A stretch of DNA of 64,000 nt from Balamuthia mandrillaris (lineage: Eukaryota), in the NCBI GenBank assembly GCA_031835245.2, contig JAVKOQ020000097.1:1-64000 (forward strand). The letters run 5' to 3'. A program made the position numbers and the translations under genes. Below are positions 47,100-58,870 of the stretch, one piece after another. The notes beneath the pieces were generated by a model, which was not told the origin of the DNA, searched no databases, and saw nothing but the letters and a program-made list of their open reading frames with translations. The number at the start of each line of letters is the position of its first letter. The first letter of the stretch is position 1.

Positions 47100-47681
47100 T
47101 TACATGCTGCGGAGGGTGCCGCTCTCGGTCCACATCTTGGTGTGCTCCCTCCGCTCCTCCCCCCTCTCAAACACCATGAAGCAGCGGGGCCGCCCGTTGG
47201 GGTGCCACCAGCGGGAGGCCCCGTGCTTCACCCCATGGCTGTAGCGCTCCCGGCGCCAGGGCTGGCCGTTGGGGTACCACCAGCTGCAGAGCCCGTGCGG
47301 TCGCCCTTCCTCGTCGAACCGCTCGTGGCACCAGAGCGTGGTGGCGGCGGTGGCGGTGTCGTTCGCTGTGGCTGTGGCTGTGCAGGCGGCCAAGGCGGTG
47401 GCGTGCCATTGCCGCACGTCCTGGAGGAAGCGGACCTGGTCCTCGCGGGAGAGGTGGCGTTGGAGCTCAGGGAGCACCGCGGAGGGGATGGCGTGGACCC
47501 AGCTGTCCTGCCACGACAGGCAGCAGGTGGCCAGGCAGCGGGCGCTGCGACAGGCGAGGCTGTCTTTGGGGGAGAGGCTGACCAAGGGGCCCAAGTCCTC
47601 GGTGGGCTGCCCCTCCCCCACTACTCCCTCCTCCGCCGCTTCCTCCGGACCTGTCCATCGCTGCTGCGTTGTCGCTTCCAT
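47100..47681 (-). CDS. MORN-variant (YwqK-like) repeat protein, intronless and GC-rich
   Basis: C-terminal repeats HGLCSWWYPNGQ...YSHGVKHGASRWWHPNGR...WTESG. Confidence 0.75.
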   Translation of the reverse strand: MEATTQQRWTGPEEAAEEGVVGEGQPTEDLGPLVSLSPKDSLACRSARCLATCCLSWQDSWVHAIPSAVLPELQRHLSREDQVRFLQDVRQWHATALAACTATATANDTATAATTLWCHERFDEEGRPHGLCSWWYPNGQPWRRERYSHGVKHGASRWWHPNGRPRCFMVFERGEERREHTKMWTESGTLRSM

Positions 47682-47758
47682 ATATTTCTTTCTGCTCATA
47701 GGTTGGAGATGCAAGCCATCCTCAAAAAAACAGGCTAATATTGTCTACAAAAAAGTTA

Positions 47759-47795
47759 CCCGCCAAAAATTTCATGAAATTTGTGTCGCGCCAAA
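47759..47795 (-). promoter_or_regulatory. Two E2F-like sites in the divergent promoter between the MORN gene and PARP
   Basis: TTTTGGCGGG (47759-47768) and TTTGGCGCG (47787-47795) on the minus strand match the TTTSSCGS consensus. Confidence 0.4.
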
Positions 47796-47916
47796 CCAAA
47801 AAAGTTCGAGGAAAACTTTTCTAAATGAACTAAAACCCTAAAAAAATTCTTTTGCTGTGTAAAAAGAGAGGCGCGCTTGGGCAAAAAAAGCTGATCACAC
47901 CTACAGGAAAACAACA

Positions 47917-48230
47917 ATGCCAGGAGCAGAGGTATTCAAGGGCTGCGTGTTCGCGTTGTGCGGCACCTTCAGCATGGCGGAGAAGGAGCTCACCGGCCTC
48001 ATCCGCCAGAACGGCGGGGCCTGTTTCACCATGGTCACCCCAAAGACCACGCACCTGGTGGCCACGCCGCACGAGGTGGCCGCCAAGGCCAGCAAGGTGC
48101 TGAGCGCCCAGCAGAAGGGCTGCCCCATCGTCTCGGAGGAATTTGTGCACGCCGCCGTGAAAACGGGGAGCTTGCCCGACGCTTCTGGTTACCTCTTGGC
48201 CGCTTCCTCTTCTGGTTCTTCTTCTGGTAT

Positions 48231-48276
<46 letters not shown>

Positions 48277-51175
48277 TTCTCTCTTTCTGAAACTAACCAA
48301 AAAAAAAAAATACAACGAAACGAGTGCAGAAGTGAAGAAGCCTAAAGGTTGGTGGAAGGCCAAGTTTGTCAAAGTGAAGGCGTGGACTTATGGCTGTAAA
48401 GGAGAGCCGTACTTTCCCAAAGACTTCACCCTTGTTAAACATGAAATTCTTCAGGTTTCCCATTGTTTCAAGTTGGTCTTCTTCTTGTTTGTGCCTTCTT
48501 GCTTAACACATTAGTTTTTTTTTTTAAAAAAAACACAGTGGACAGACATGATAACGAACCACAATAAGTACTATTCCATCGAGTTACATACAGCCGAAGA
48601 GAACGGCAAGAAGTTCTTTAGGCTGTTCACTCACTACGGCCGTACCGATGACTTGGAGCTCAACCCTGAAGCGGGCAAGAAGGAGACCAGGCATTACAAG
48701 GACATGGAACAAACCGAGGCCGCTTGGGCCTCCATCTACGAGGAGAAAACGGAGAAGAAAGGATACCGCAAGGTCGACATGGCTTCAGCCAACATTGGCT
48801 CTGAAAAGGTTGGTTGTTGCACAACAAAAAACAACTATTACTAACCCCTCTCTTCCTTATTGCAGGCAAAACAACTTTCCAGTGGAAGCTCTAGCAATGA
48901 TTCGAAGCCAACAAACAGCGCAACCACTCAAACGCTCACCCCTTCATCTTTCTCTGCTTTTGGGGCCTCTGCTTCCTCTGGTGGCCCTTCCTCTAATCTT
49001 CACCCCTTGGTTGAAGAGCTGGTACAATACATCTATTCGGAAGCAACCAGCCAACTGACGGCTACGGTCTCTGCTCGCATAACCGCCAAAGGCATCGAAA
49101 CACCTCTTGGAGTCCTCAATCTCTCCTCTGTTGAGAGGGGTGAGGCCATCCTCGATGAAATGGAGGTGCTGCTTGCGGAGGGCAACCTATCCGGTGATCG
49201 TGCCAGAGAGCTCTCCAGCATGTTCTACACTGTTATCCCGCATCGCATCGGTCGCTCCAAGCAGGACATTGAAGCATCGGTGCTAAAGACGTTGGATGCC
49301 ATTGAGAAGAAGCGAGAGCTCTTGCAGTTGATGAAAGATATGATGGAGGTAAACGAAAGAACGGGAGGAGGAGCTGGAGAGGGTTCAACCACAACAGAAC
49401 TGGATAACAAGTACAAAGCACTTCGTTGTGAGATACGCCCTTTGGAGAAAGGAGGCAGCGAGTACCAACGCATCTACGACTATGTGTTGCATGGAGCCGA
49501 GCTGCCAGATGAGGGCAATGACGACATTGAGATCAACAATATCTTTGCAGTGAAAAGGGAGGTGGAGCACCAACGCTGGAAGGAGGCCCACGCGGATGCT
49601 ATTGGCAACAACAAGTTGTTGTATCACGGCAGTAGGATCAGCAACTGGGTTGGCATCCTCTCTCGTGGTTTATTGATGCCCAAGTCCATTGAAACATTGG
49701 GCGGAAAGAGGACTGACTATGGATTGCTCGGTTTGTTCTTTTTTTTTTCCTGCTAGCTCCTCCCTGCTTCTGCTAATACTTATTTTTTTTTAAAAAAAAT
49801 AGGAGGTGGACTTTATTTCGGAGGGCAAGCCTCAACCTCAGCACAATACACCTCTGCCGGTAAGAAAGGCACTCGCTTCCTCCTGCTTCACACTGTAGCT
49901 CTCGGCCGCATCAAACAGCTCACCAAGATAACTCCTGGACTGACCGCTCCTCCTCCGGGCTACGACAGCGTGCAGGGAATGAGCAGGAAACATGGCGTAG
50001 AGTCGGACTTTAAGGACGATGAATTTGTGGTCTACTCTCTTGGACAACAGAGAGAGGAGTATCTCGTTGAGTTTCGTTCGAAGTCTAAGGATCCTCCTTT
50101 CTCTACTTCTTCTTCCTTTGCTTTTGGCGCTTCTTCCGCATCCTTCTCTTTACTCTCATCTTCTGCGTCTGGCTCTTTTGGAATGTCGCCATTCAGTAAC
50201 TTTACTGCAGCTCCCAGTCCGTTATCTTCGCTCCTCTCTGCCGTACCTTCAACAACTGCTGCTTCAAACTCATTTGGTGGAACATCTTTCAACCTGCCCT
50301 CACCTTCTTCGGGTGTTTCTTCGTTGATTGGTTCCACATCGCCTCAGAAGGTGACTACACCAAAGAAAGCATCAGCGGTACCTCGTAATTGCACTCCTAA
50401 GAAGGCCCCAGCCAAAAAGCGTGCTGCTCTCTTTGATAACAGCAGCAGCAACAACAACAACAGCAACAGCAACAACTTTAAGAACGTCGCCCAATTCCAC
50501 CTGCCCCTTCCCTCTCCATCTTCTGTTTCTTCTAATGTTGGAGTTGCTTCAACCGGTGGCTTGGTCTTTGGAGGAAAGCCAACTCTTCTAGCCACCCCTT
50601 CTGTGCCGTTGTCCTCCTTGCCCACCAACAACCAACGTGTAGCTCAAGGTTTGTTTCTTCTTTACCATTCCTTCTCCCTTATGTACAGAATGATTCAAGT
50701 CCTTACCTCTCACAATGTCAACAAACAAACAACCAGCATTTACAAAGCGACAAGAATTATCTTCTTCGCTGGCAAAACTGTTGCTGTTGGTGTCCATGCT
50801 GCACAAGGCTGGTCGCTTGACCGCCAGCCAAAAGGCTGCCCTCAAGGAGAGGGCCTTGCAGGAGGATACCGCCATGTACTGTGCCCTGGAGGTCTTTGAG
50901 TTGGAGCACGACTTTGATGACCTCGTCGACACCTTCTGCGCTCTTGGTACCTCTCTCCTCTCCTCCCGTTGCTCTCTCTTCTGTTCGTCTCCGCGTTACT
51001 TCCTATCTCCTGTCTCGGCTCATCTCCTGTCTCGATTCCATTCTCTTATCCTCTCTCTCGACCTCTCTCACGTCTCGTTGGCGTATCTCTTATCCTATCT
51101 CTTGTCTTGGCCATTATCTAATCTCTTGTCTAATCTCCTATCCTTCACTTCTGTGTCGACGTGGCAGCGGGCTAA
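47917..51175 (+). CDS. Poly(ADP-ribose) polymerase: BRCT + WGR + regulatory + catalytic domain, Ser-rich linker and C-terminal helical domain
   Basis: BRCT (FALCGTF, NGG, TTHLV); WGR-like HNKYYSIEL...HYGR; TPLGVL, FYTVIPH; catalytic H-Y-E residues in YHGS, GLYF and DDEFVVY. Confidence 0.93.
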
Positions 51176-51398
51176 ACGCGAAGAGAGACAAGAAGTGGAG
51201 AAAAGAGAAGCGACACAAAACCAAAGGAAAAGCACGAACCAGATCGATTGAAAGTTGATTCTCTTTTTTTTCTCTTTCTACTATTGTTTTGTTTGTTTCT
51301 TGTTGTTTGGGACAACAAAGATTTTTATAGTTGCTTTGTAATTTTTTTTTTGTTGGTTTTTTTGTGAGATAAAAAATCAACAAATACAGAAAAATAAG

Positions 51399-52139
51399 AT
51401 GAGTTTGCGAACCAGAACACCATTTGGTTCTTCGTTTGGGAGGTTTGAGATTATTGTTTTTTTTTAAAACCCCTCTTTTCGTGTTATCTGTTGTTCCCAT
51501 CTGTGGTTAACAGTCAAAACGTTCATACAACCAAAATAGCAGCGGACGGGGCTCCTTGTTGGGCTACGATGCTCCTCCCCAACGAAATGACGAACCGGAC
51601 GCGTTTTCCTTCCAACAGCTGATGGTGGAGCAGAACGACAATTCTATGGCACAAATGACCGAAAAAGTGTCTGCCATCAAACACGTTTGTTTTCACCTTT
51701 TTTCCCGCTCATTCCTGCTTGTGGAGAGTGACTCATACTTTTCCACGTACACAGATAACGCTGGAGATACAGAACGAAATCAGGCAGGGAAGCCTTCTTC
51801 TGGATGAGTTGGAGGTACTTTGTTTGTTCTGCTTCTTGTTCTTGTTCTTGTTCTTGTTCTTCTTTCTTTCTTTCTTTTTGGTTTCTCTTCCTTTTCCTCG
51901 TCTTTCTTCTTCTTCTCTTCCTTGTCTTCCTTCTCTGCATTCTTTCTTTGTTTCTGCTCCTTTACCCACATTCTGTATTCCTCCAAAAACAGGGTTCCTT
52001 CAGCAGCGCGTCGGGCTTACTAAAAGCAACACGAAAGCGACTAGACAGACTAGCCCACCAAGCCACCTCTCGCCACGTGTTCTACCTCGTCCTTTTCTTT
52101 TTCTTTATTCTCTTCTTCCTTTACTACATACTCAAATAG
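51399..52139 (+). CDS. BET1-like Qc-SNARE
   Basis: EQNDNSMAQMTEKVSAIKHITLEIQNEIRQGSLLLDELE SNARE motif and C-terminal TM helix. The phase of the first exon does not match as written, so the start is uncertain. Confidence 0.8.
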
Positions 52140-52188
52140 TTTCTCTCTTTCAATGTTGAATACTTACTCTAGTGACTCTCTTCATCGT

Positions 52189-52229
<41 letters not shown>

Positions 52230-52313
52230 CGTTTAGTTCTTCCTCGTTTGCTCTCAAGAGGAACAAAAAACAAATCTTACAAAAAAAGACAAAAGAATAC
52301 ATCCTATCATCAT

Positions 52314-53859
52314 CTATGTGGGCGTCTTCTGCTTTCCCGATGCGGGTGTTGACAGCGAGAATACCTGTTTCATTTCTTCAAAAGCAAGAAAGCTTATGCT
52401 CAATGCTGGTACCACCTTTTTAATGTTGGTTGTTAGAGAGAAGCAAGAAGAACGGGATAGAAGAAAGCAGAACGTAAGCGTGAACAAACCTTCAGATAGT
52501 TGGGCCAAAGACCTCTGTAAAAGCCCAGCAATCCTTCGGTGCGATAAATCTTGAGGAAGGCATCCGTCATGCCGTTGTACTCTACTCCATAGTTTTGGGT
52601 GAAGCCCTGCACCTGCATTCGGCGCCGTATCAGGTCCAATGGATATGCAACTTTTTTTTGGTTTTTTCTCTTTTAGTTTTCCCGCTTCATTGAAAAGAGA
52701 AATAGAGATGTGGAAAAGAGAAGACGGGAAACAGGAAAACAGATAAAACTGAGAAGAGAAACGAAGCTAAGACAGAAAAGAAAGAAACCCGACCAGAGAT
52801 AAAAAGATACAAAGAGAATGAAGACAAATGTACCTGTTTGCGCAATAGTGCCGGCCAAACCGCCACAAGCAAGGGTATGTGTTCGTTTGACGGTGCCATC
52901 GGGCTGTCTAGGCACGTAGTCCTTAAAGGTTTCGTAAGCCGCAAAGTCGATCCCGACGTACGGCACTACGCCCACCAGCGATGGCCACATTCCTTTGTAC
53001 AGAGCCAAAAATCCTTCTTTCTTTGCGATAACGTTTAATCCGTGCCACATTCCTTAAAGTTGATGTTTAGTTATTATCATTCCCTTTTTGTTTGAAGTTG
53101 GGACCGAGAAAGAACCTTTGTAAGCAAGTTCGCTGCGAGTTCTTCCGGCTTGGATGGAAAGACGAGCACGAACCAGTTCCAAAGGATATGTTGCCACCAG
53201 AGCAGTTATTCCCGTCATTCCTCCTATTTATTTTTTTTTAAAGAAAACGGATTATTCAAGAAGCAGTGAATCACTGTAGCACAGAGGAGGAAAAGTAAGT
53301 TCAAATACCAGCCAAGAGTCGTTGCAATGGACCAAGGTCCTGGTTACCAAAGATAAGACGTTTGTACTGCTCATAACTGAAAAACTGAATGGCAGAAGCT
53401 GGAACGATGCGAATTACATTTGTGCCGTTCCCTTTGAAAAATCCCAGTAAGCCTTCTTCCGCATATATAAGTTTCATGGCTTGCAATACTCCTGTGTACT
53501 TTGGTGGATGGGGTTGGGTCTTTATGGGAGAGAGCGATAGTGGATTAGAGAGATTGCAAGGAGCTATATGAATGATACATGATATGAAAGCGAAACTGAG
53601 AGATGAACGAGACAAGAGATAAGAGACGAGAGACGAGAATGAGACAAAGCGAGAGTTAAATGAAGAAAGAAGAGATGAGTAAACCTGAAAAATGATTTTG
53701 AGACGCTCCAAAGGAGCAACGCTGCTGCGAGAGATAGCACCAGCGATACCACCAGCAACAAGCGTCTTTGTGGCCGTTTCAGCTGTTGCATTCATGAACA
53801 GATAATGGCTTCTTCCTGGTATGTTCGCGTTATCGTATTAATCATCAGTCAGGTAATGG

Positions 53860-53905
<46 letters not shown>

Positions 53906-54350
53906 TGCCTGGCATAACAAAAAAACGTGTTTGAAAGAAGAAAAGGAGGTAGGATACGAACCAGGTACGCCCGTTTGAAACCAAAACGAACTCACTTTCA
54001 TGAAATAACAAAACTGGAAACAGAAACGATCTTTCAGGACCAAAAAAAAAAAGAGAGAGAGATTTTAAAAAAACAACAGAGATGAGACTCACTTCGGAGA
54101 AATCAATGTCATTGCTCTGGTTTAGATCTATGAGATTCATCAGTCGCCTCACATCAGCCTGAAGCATTCGTTAGAAAAAGGTGACGGCTTCAAACAAAGG
54201 GAGAGGACGCACCGAAGAGGCAGGTAGCCCGAAAGAAGCAATGGCCAGTCGAAGTTCTTCTTCGTCAATGACGCCATCGCCGTTCCTGTCAAACTCTTGG
54301 AACATCTGCTTGAGGTCGTCGTCGCTGAGCTTCCCCAGCTTGGCACCCAT
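52314..54350 (-). CDS. EF-hand-containing mitochondrial carrier (SCaMC / ATP-Mg:Pi carrier-like)
   Basis: EF-hands DRNGDGVIDEEE and DLNQSNDIDFSE; three carrier signatures APLERLK, YPLELVRAR and YPLDLIRRR; GFFKGNGTNVIRIVP. Confidence 0.92.
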
Positions 54351-54635
54351 TTTTTTTAAAGAAAAAACCTGGAGTTCCTTCTCTCCTCGCTCTGGTCGCG
54401 TCCAGTCCCACACGCACACACACCACTGGTACTACCTTCCTGGAATGGTCCCTCTTGCGCAGGAGAGGTTAATCTTGCGCTACGCAAAGAGCAAATCTTT
54501 TTTTTTTTTTGGAACCAAAGATCGGGGTCACGTCGACACGAAATAATACATGATTCGTGACGACGTGGCACGTCGACAGCAATTTTGCGATAATTTCGGG
54601 ACGACATGATCATAATTATTTATTTTATTTTTCAA

Positions 54636-55741
54636 TCACATCAACTCAGCGGCCCAACCACGGAAGAGCTCCAAACGACGCTCGAGGTTCTTCCTTTGGT
54701 GGGTGTTCAGAGCGGAGTTGTCCAGGAGTCCCTTCAGGCGAGCCTCCTCCTTTTGCACAAACTCTGTCCCTTTCTTTGCTATCAGGCCCAGGTTGGTTAT
54801 GAGGAACTTTGCCTCTCTGGTTTTTATATTTGTCAGTTTTATCATGTGTTGAAGGAACAAGAGGCAGAGAAGAGGCCGAAGAAAAAGGAAGAAGAAGAAG
54901 AAGCAGGTAAAGGAGAAGAAGCGCATACTCCTGAATGATGCCCTCCAGTTGTTCCATAAGAGTCTCCGCATGGGAGATCATGGAAGCACGTTCCTCGTCT
55001 CCTTTCTGAAGGAACGGCTTTACACTATCCAACAACTCTTTGAACTGTGGAAGTAAAAGAACATGTCATACGTTTCAATATAACAGCGAGTGCTTACGAA
55101 GAACAAGAAGCGTACCCGTGGACTGACGTGAGACAAGATCCATTGTTTTATAGCCAGCCGAGTCTGCTCTCCTTCATATCTACCAACAGCAGCGTCAGCG
55201 GGAAATGATGAGAAGAGGACATAGAAAAGGGCGAAAATTGTATGGAAAGAAGAGAGCGAAAGGAGAGTGGATCGAAGCAGAGCCTGAAGCAACAAAGGAG
55301 AGCGCGGTTTTACGCACCTCAGTGGAACAAAACTTCCTTTGGGGAAGAGCAAAACAGAGGAGCCAGAGGAAAGACCATAGCGAGAGAGCAGCTCATGGTT
55401 GTTCAGTTGTTCTTGAGTGACCGTCCTGGCTATCAACACCTCAGGCACGTTTCTGAAGTCGTCGCCCAACTCTTCCCACTCCTGATCACATCAAATGTGT
55501 TAATTTTGGTTGTGTCTTGCGCTAAAGCTGGTGTCAGTTTTGATTGGAAACCACTTACCTCAACCCCCGCCCATGGCCTTTCCACAAAGTTAACAACAAC
55601 ATAGTTGTGACCACCGACGATCTTGTCCAAGTTTTCTTTATCAAGGCTCAACACATATTCCGAGCGAACCGGCACCAACAACGAGGCAAGAAGGGCCGCC
55701 ACAATCCCAAAGAGTAGCTTGCTGGTGTGAGCAAAAGGCAT
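54636..55741 (-). CDS. ERp29-like ER protein (redox-inactive thioredoxin fold + ERp29 C-terminal domain)
   Basis: Signal peptide; VLSLDKENLDKIVG thioredoxin start lacking CxxC; KKGTEFVQKEEARLKGLL D-domain motif. Confidence 0.8.
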
Positions 55742-56107
55742 GGCTGCTAACAACAACAATGACAGAACGCTTGGCTATGTCACTTTCAAATACACAGGTA
55801 TAGTGTAACGATAGTTTTTATTTTCTACTCTATTTTTTGTGTTTTTGATTTCTGTTCATATCACAAACTGAACCAATCGGAGAGCGACACGACGGTACGG
55901 AGATTTTGAACAGGAGAAATTCTCCATTTCCAACCGAATTTGAAATTTGAATGAAATTCTAAGTTCGAATTTCGTTTATGTACCTTTGAGTGAATTCTCT
56001 CATGTCGTCACGAAAATGATTAATGCTGTGGAGGTCAAGGAGAGAACAAATGGTGGACCTATTGACCAACAGAACAGCAAAGAAAAAGAAACAGAAAAAG
56101 AAAGAAC

Positions 56108-56386
56108 ATGAGCAAGGTACCACGGCCTTCCTTTGAGGAGCAAGCCCAGCTGCGCTTCCCCACGCTTAAGAAGTTTGAGTGGCGGGTGGACGTTGCCATC
56201 TCCACCTCGAGCCTCAACCGCGTGCTCCACCCCTCCGTCCTCATGCAGATGACCTTGAGCGACGGCACCATCCGGACCTTCGAGCTGAGCCAAGAGAAGT
56301 TCCACGAGCTGCGCTTCGACGTGGCCCGCCTGCTCAAAGAAATGGACGAGATAGAGAAACTTCCCATCATGAAGATCAACAAATGA
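56108..56386 (+). CDS. COMM domain protein, COMMD5-like, C-terminal domain only
   Basis: FEWRVDVAISTSSLNRVLHPSVLMQMTLSDG...KFHELRFDVARLLKEM. A possible 5' mini-exon starts at 56017. Confidence 0.8.
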   Translation: MSKVPRPSFEEQAQLRFPTLKKFEWRVDVAISTSSLNRVLHPSVLMQMTLSDGTIRTFELSQEKFHELRFDVARLLKEMDEIEKLPIMKINK

Positions 56387-56715
56387 TTTTATATTTATAT
56401 TTTAATATTTTTATTTTTGTTTTAGAAAAAGAACCAAAAAATTTTTATGTTACGTTTTGCTTGTTGTTGTAGTTATATACACTCTTCTTCTTCTTCTTGT
56501 TCTTGTTCTTTTTCTTCTTGACCTTTTTTTTCGTTCTTCATCTTCTCTTCCGCTTCTTCGATTTCCAAGCTCTTGATGGCCAGCCCCACGGCTTCCTCAA
56601 CACCACCGCTGATTCCGCCCTCATTCCCTCCTCGTCCTCCTCCGCTACCTTCGCTTCCTTCTTCTCCTCCTCCGTTGCCTCCTCCTCCTTTGGCCTTGGC
56701 TTCCGCCGCCTCACA

Positions 56716-57003
56716 CTATGCCAACAGCCCTCTCACCAGCTTTCGTTCCTGCTCCATGCGAGCCTCTTTCGTCGGGTCGTTAAAGGCCAGGAGAAAGGAG
56801 GAGGTGGAGCAGGAGGAGGGGGAGAGGGAGCCGTATTTCAGGGCGGAGGAGAGGGGCGTGTCTCCCTTGTCGTCGACGGCCAGGGCGGAGGCCCCGTGCT
56901 TCAGGAGGAGGATGATGCAGCGCGAGTGGCAGCCCCATGCTGCTGCATGCAGCGGGGTGTGGTTGTTGCTGTCTCTGTCATGAACGTTTCCTCCTTTTGA
57001 AGA

Positions 57004-57042
<39 letters not shown>

Positions 57043-58498
57043 AGAAGAAGAAGAAGAAGAAGAAGAACAAGAAGAACAAGAAGAAGTTGAAAGGAAGAAA
57101 GGAAGAAAGGAGAAGAACAACAACATTAACAAGAAAGAAAATATTAGTAGCAAAGGAAAAGAATGAAGATAAGAGCTTAGCAATACCTGCAGCAATGAGC
57201 AGCTTGAGGATTTCATGACGTCCATGCTCTGCAGCAAGAAACAATGGAGTGATATGCAGCTTGTTTCTCGCGTGTATGTCTGCCTTCAGCTCTATCAGTG
57301 CAGCAACCACTTCCGTCAAACCCTTGTTATTTAAAAAGTAAGAAGAAGAAGAACAAGAACAAGAAGAAGAAGAAGAACAAGAAGAAGAAGAAGAAGAAGA
57401 ACAAGAACAAGAAGAAGAACAAGAACAACAACAAGAAGAAGAAGAAGAAGAAGAAGAAGAAGAAGAGGAGAATATGAAGAAGAACAACACGATGAAGAAG
57501 AAAAAGGAAACGGAAAAAAGAATTGGGAGAATAACTTGTTGGGCTGCCATATGAACGAGACGTTGACCTCTTCGGTTAGAAGCTTCGATGGAAAGAAAAG
57601 TACGAAGATGAGGATCTCCTGCAATGTGGCAGAAACGACGACAAACTTGCGATACGGTAGGAAGCTCGCTAAGTGGATGTAGTTGCTTGAAGATCTTTTT
57701 GTAATGGTTGTCAACATGTATGCAAAGAAGAAAGGGGGTGAGGAAGAAGACAAGAAGAAGACAAGAAGAAGAAGAACAAGGAGAAATGAACCAAGAAAAT
57801 GAGTTCATCGGAAAGCAGTTCGAAGTAGGTTTGGGTTTGCTCTGAAGGGTCGTGAGGACGAACATCCATCGGTGGTACCGCCGTCACTTTCAACAACCTC
57901 AACAAGGTCTGTGTACTTCTATTCATTGCAGCTTTTGTTGTATAAGACGAAGAAGAAGAACAAGAAGAAGAACATGACAAATCCGAACATACCAACATGA
58001 AACGGCATATCGCCATGCTTGTCAGGCATGTTAAGCAACCAAGGGTACTCCGAGAACAGGTCCTGCGCCAGCTCCACGTTGTCATTCTCGCAAGCGCAGT
58101 GCAACGCCGTCGAAGTGACGACCATTCCTTCTCCGCTTCTTCTCTTCTTTTCTTCTTCTGCGGTGTTGGCAGCTTCCTCCTCCTCCTCTTTCTCCGATTT
58201 TGGTTCTTCTTCCAACACGAGAGGACTCGCGCCTTCGCTCACCATTCGCCTGACGGTCGCTCGGTCGTTGTTCAGGATAGCTGTTGCCTGTTGCCAACCA
58301 CCAAACGAGAAAGAAAGCAAGAGAAAGAGAAGAAATACAGAAAGTTAATAACATGGAAAAGGAATGACTTATAAGACATAAGAAAAAAGATTAGAAAGAA
58401 GTAAGAGAGAAGGTGAAAAAGAAGAAGAAGAAGAAGAAGAAGAAGAAGAAGAAGAACAAGAAGACCATCTTCCAACGCGTTGCTTTCGGGTCGAACAT
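56716..58498 (-). CDS. Ankyrin repeat protein with an internal F-box
   Basis: Ankyrin motifs TALHCAC, PFHVAA, LVHMAAQQG, TPLFLAAEHG, TPLHAAAWG, TPLSSA. F-box FELLSDELIFLIFKQL...VSQVCRRF. The frame continues past TAG 56716 to 56473. Confidence 0.85.
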
Positions 58499-58870
58499 GC
58501 TCTTCTTTTCTTTTGATAGCTTGCCAAACTCGCTTTATCTATTTTCTCTTCAATTCTCCCTTTTCTCTCCTTTTTTTTTATTCACTCTTCTTTTCTTCTT
58601 GTTCTCCTCTTTCTCTTTCTTTCTTTTTCCACAACTTTCTTCTCTTTCTCTATTTTTTCTTCTTTTTTTAACATTACTATATTACCAATATAGCCTTTAA
58701 AAATGTGCAATAAATAACTTATGTTTCACCTTTTTTTAAAAAAAAGGTGTTGCTGCGTTTTCGGCCTTCATGTTACGGAAAGTTGCTGCGAATGCAAAAC
58801 GCGCGGTGAGAAGAGGGAGACAAAGTGAAAGAAGACATGAGAAGAAAGAAAGAGGAAGGCAGACGGATGG

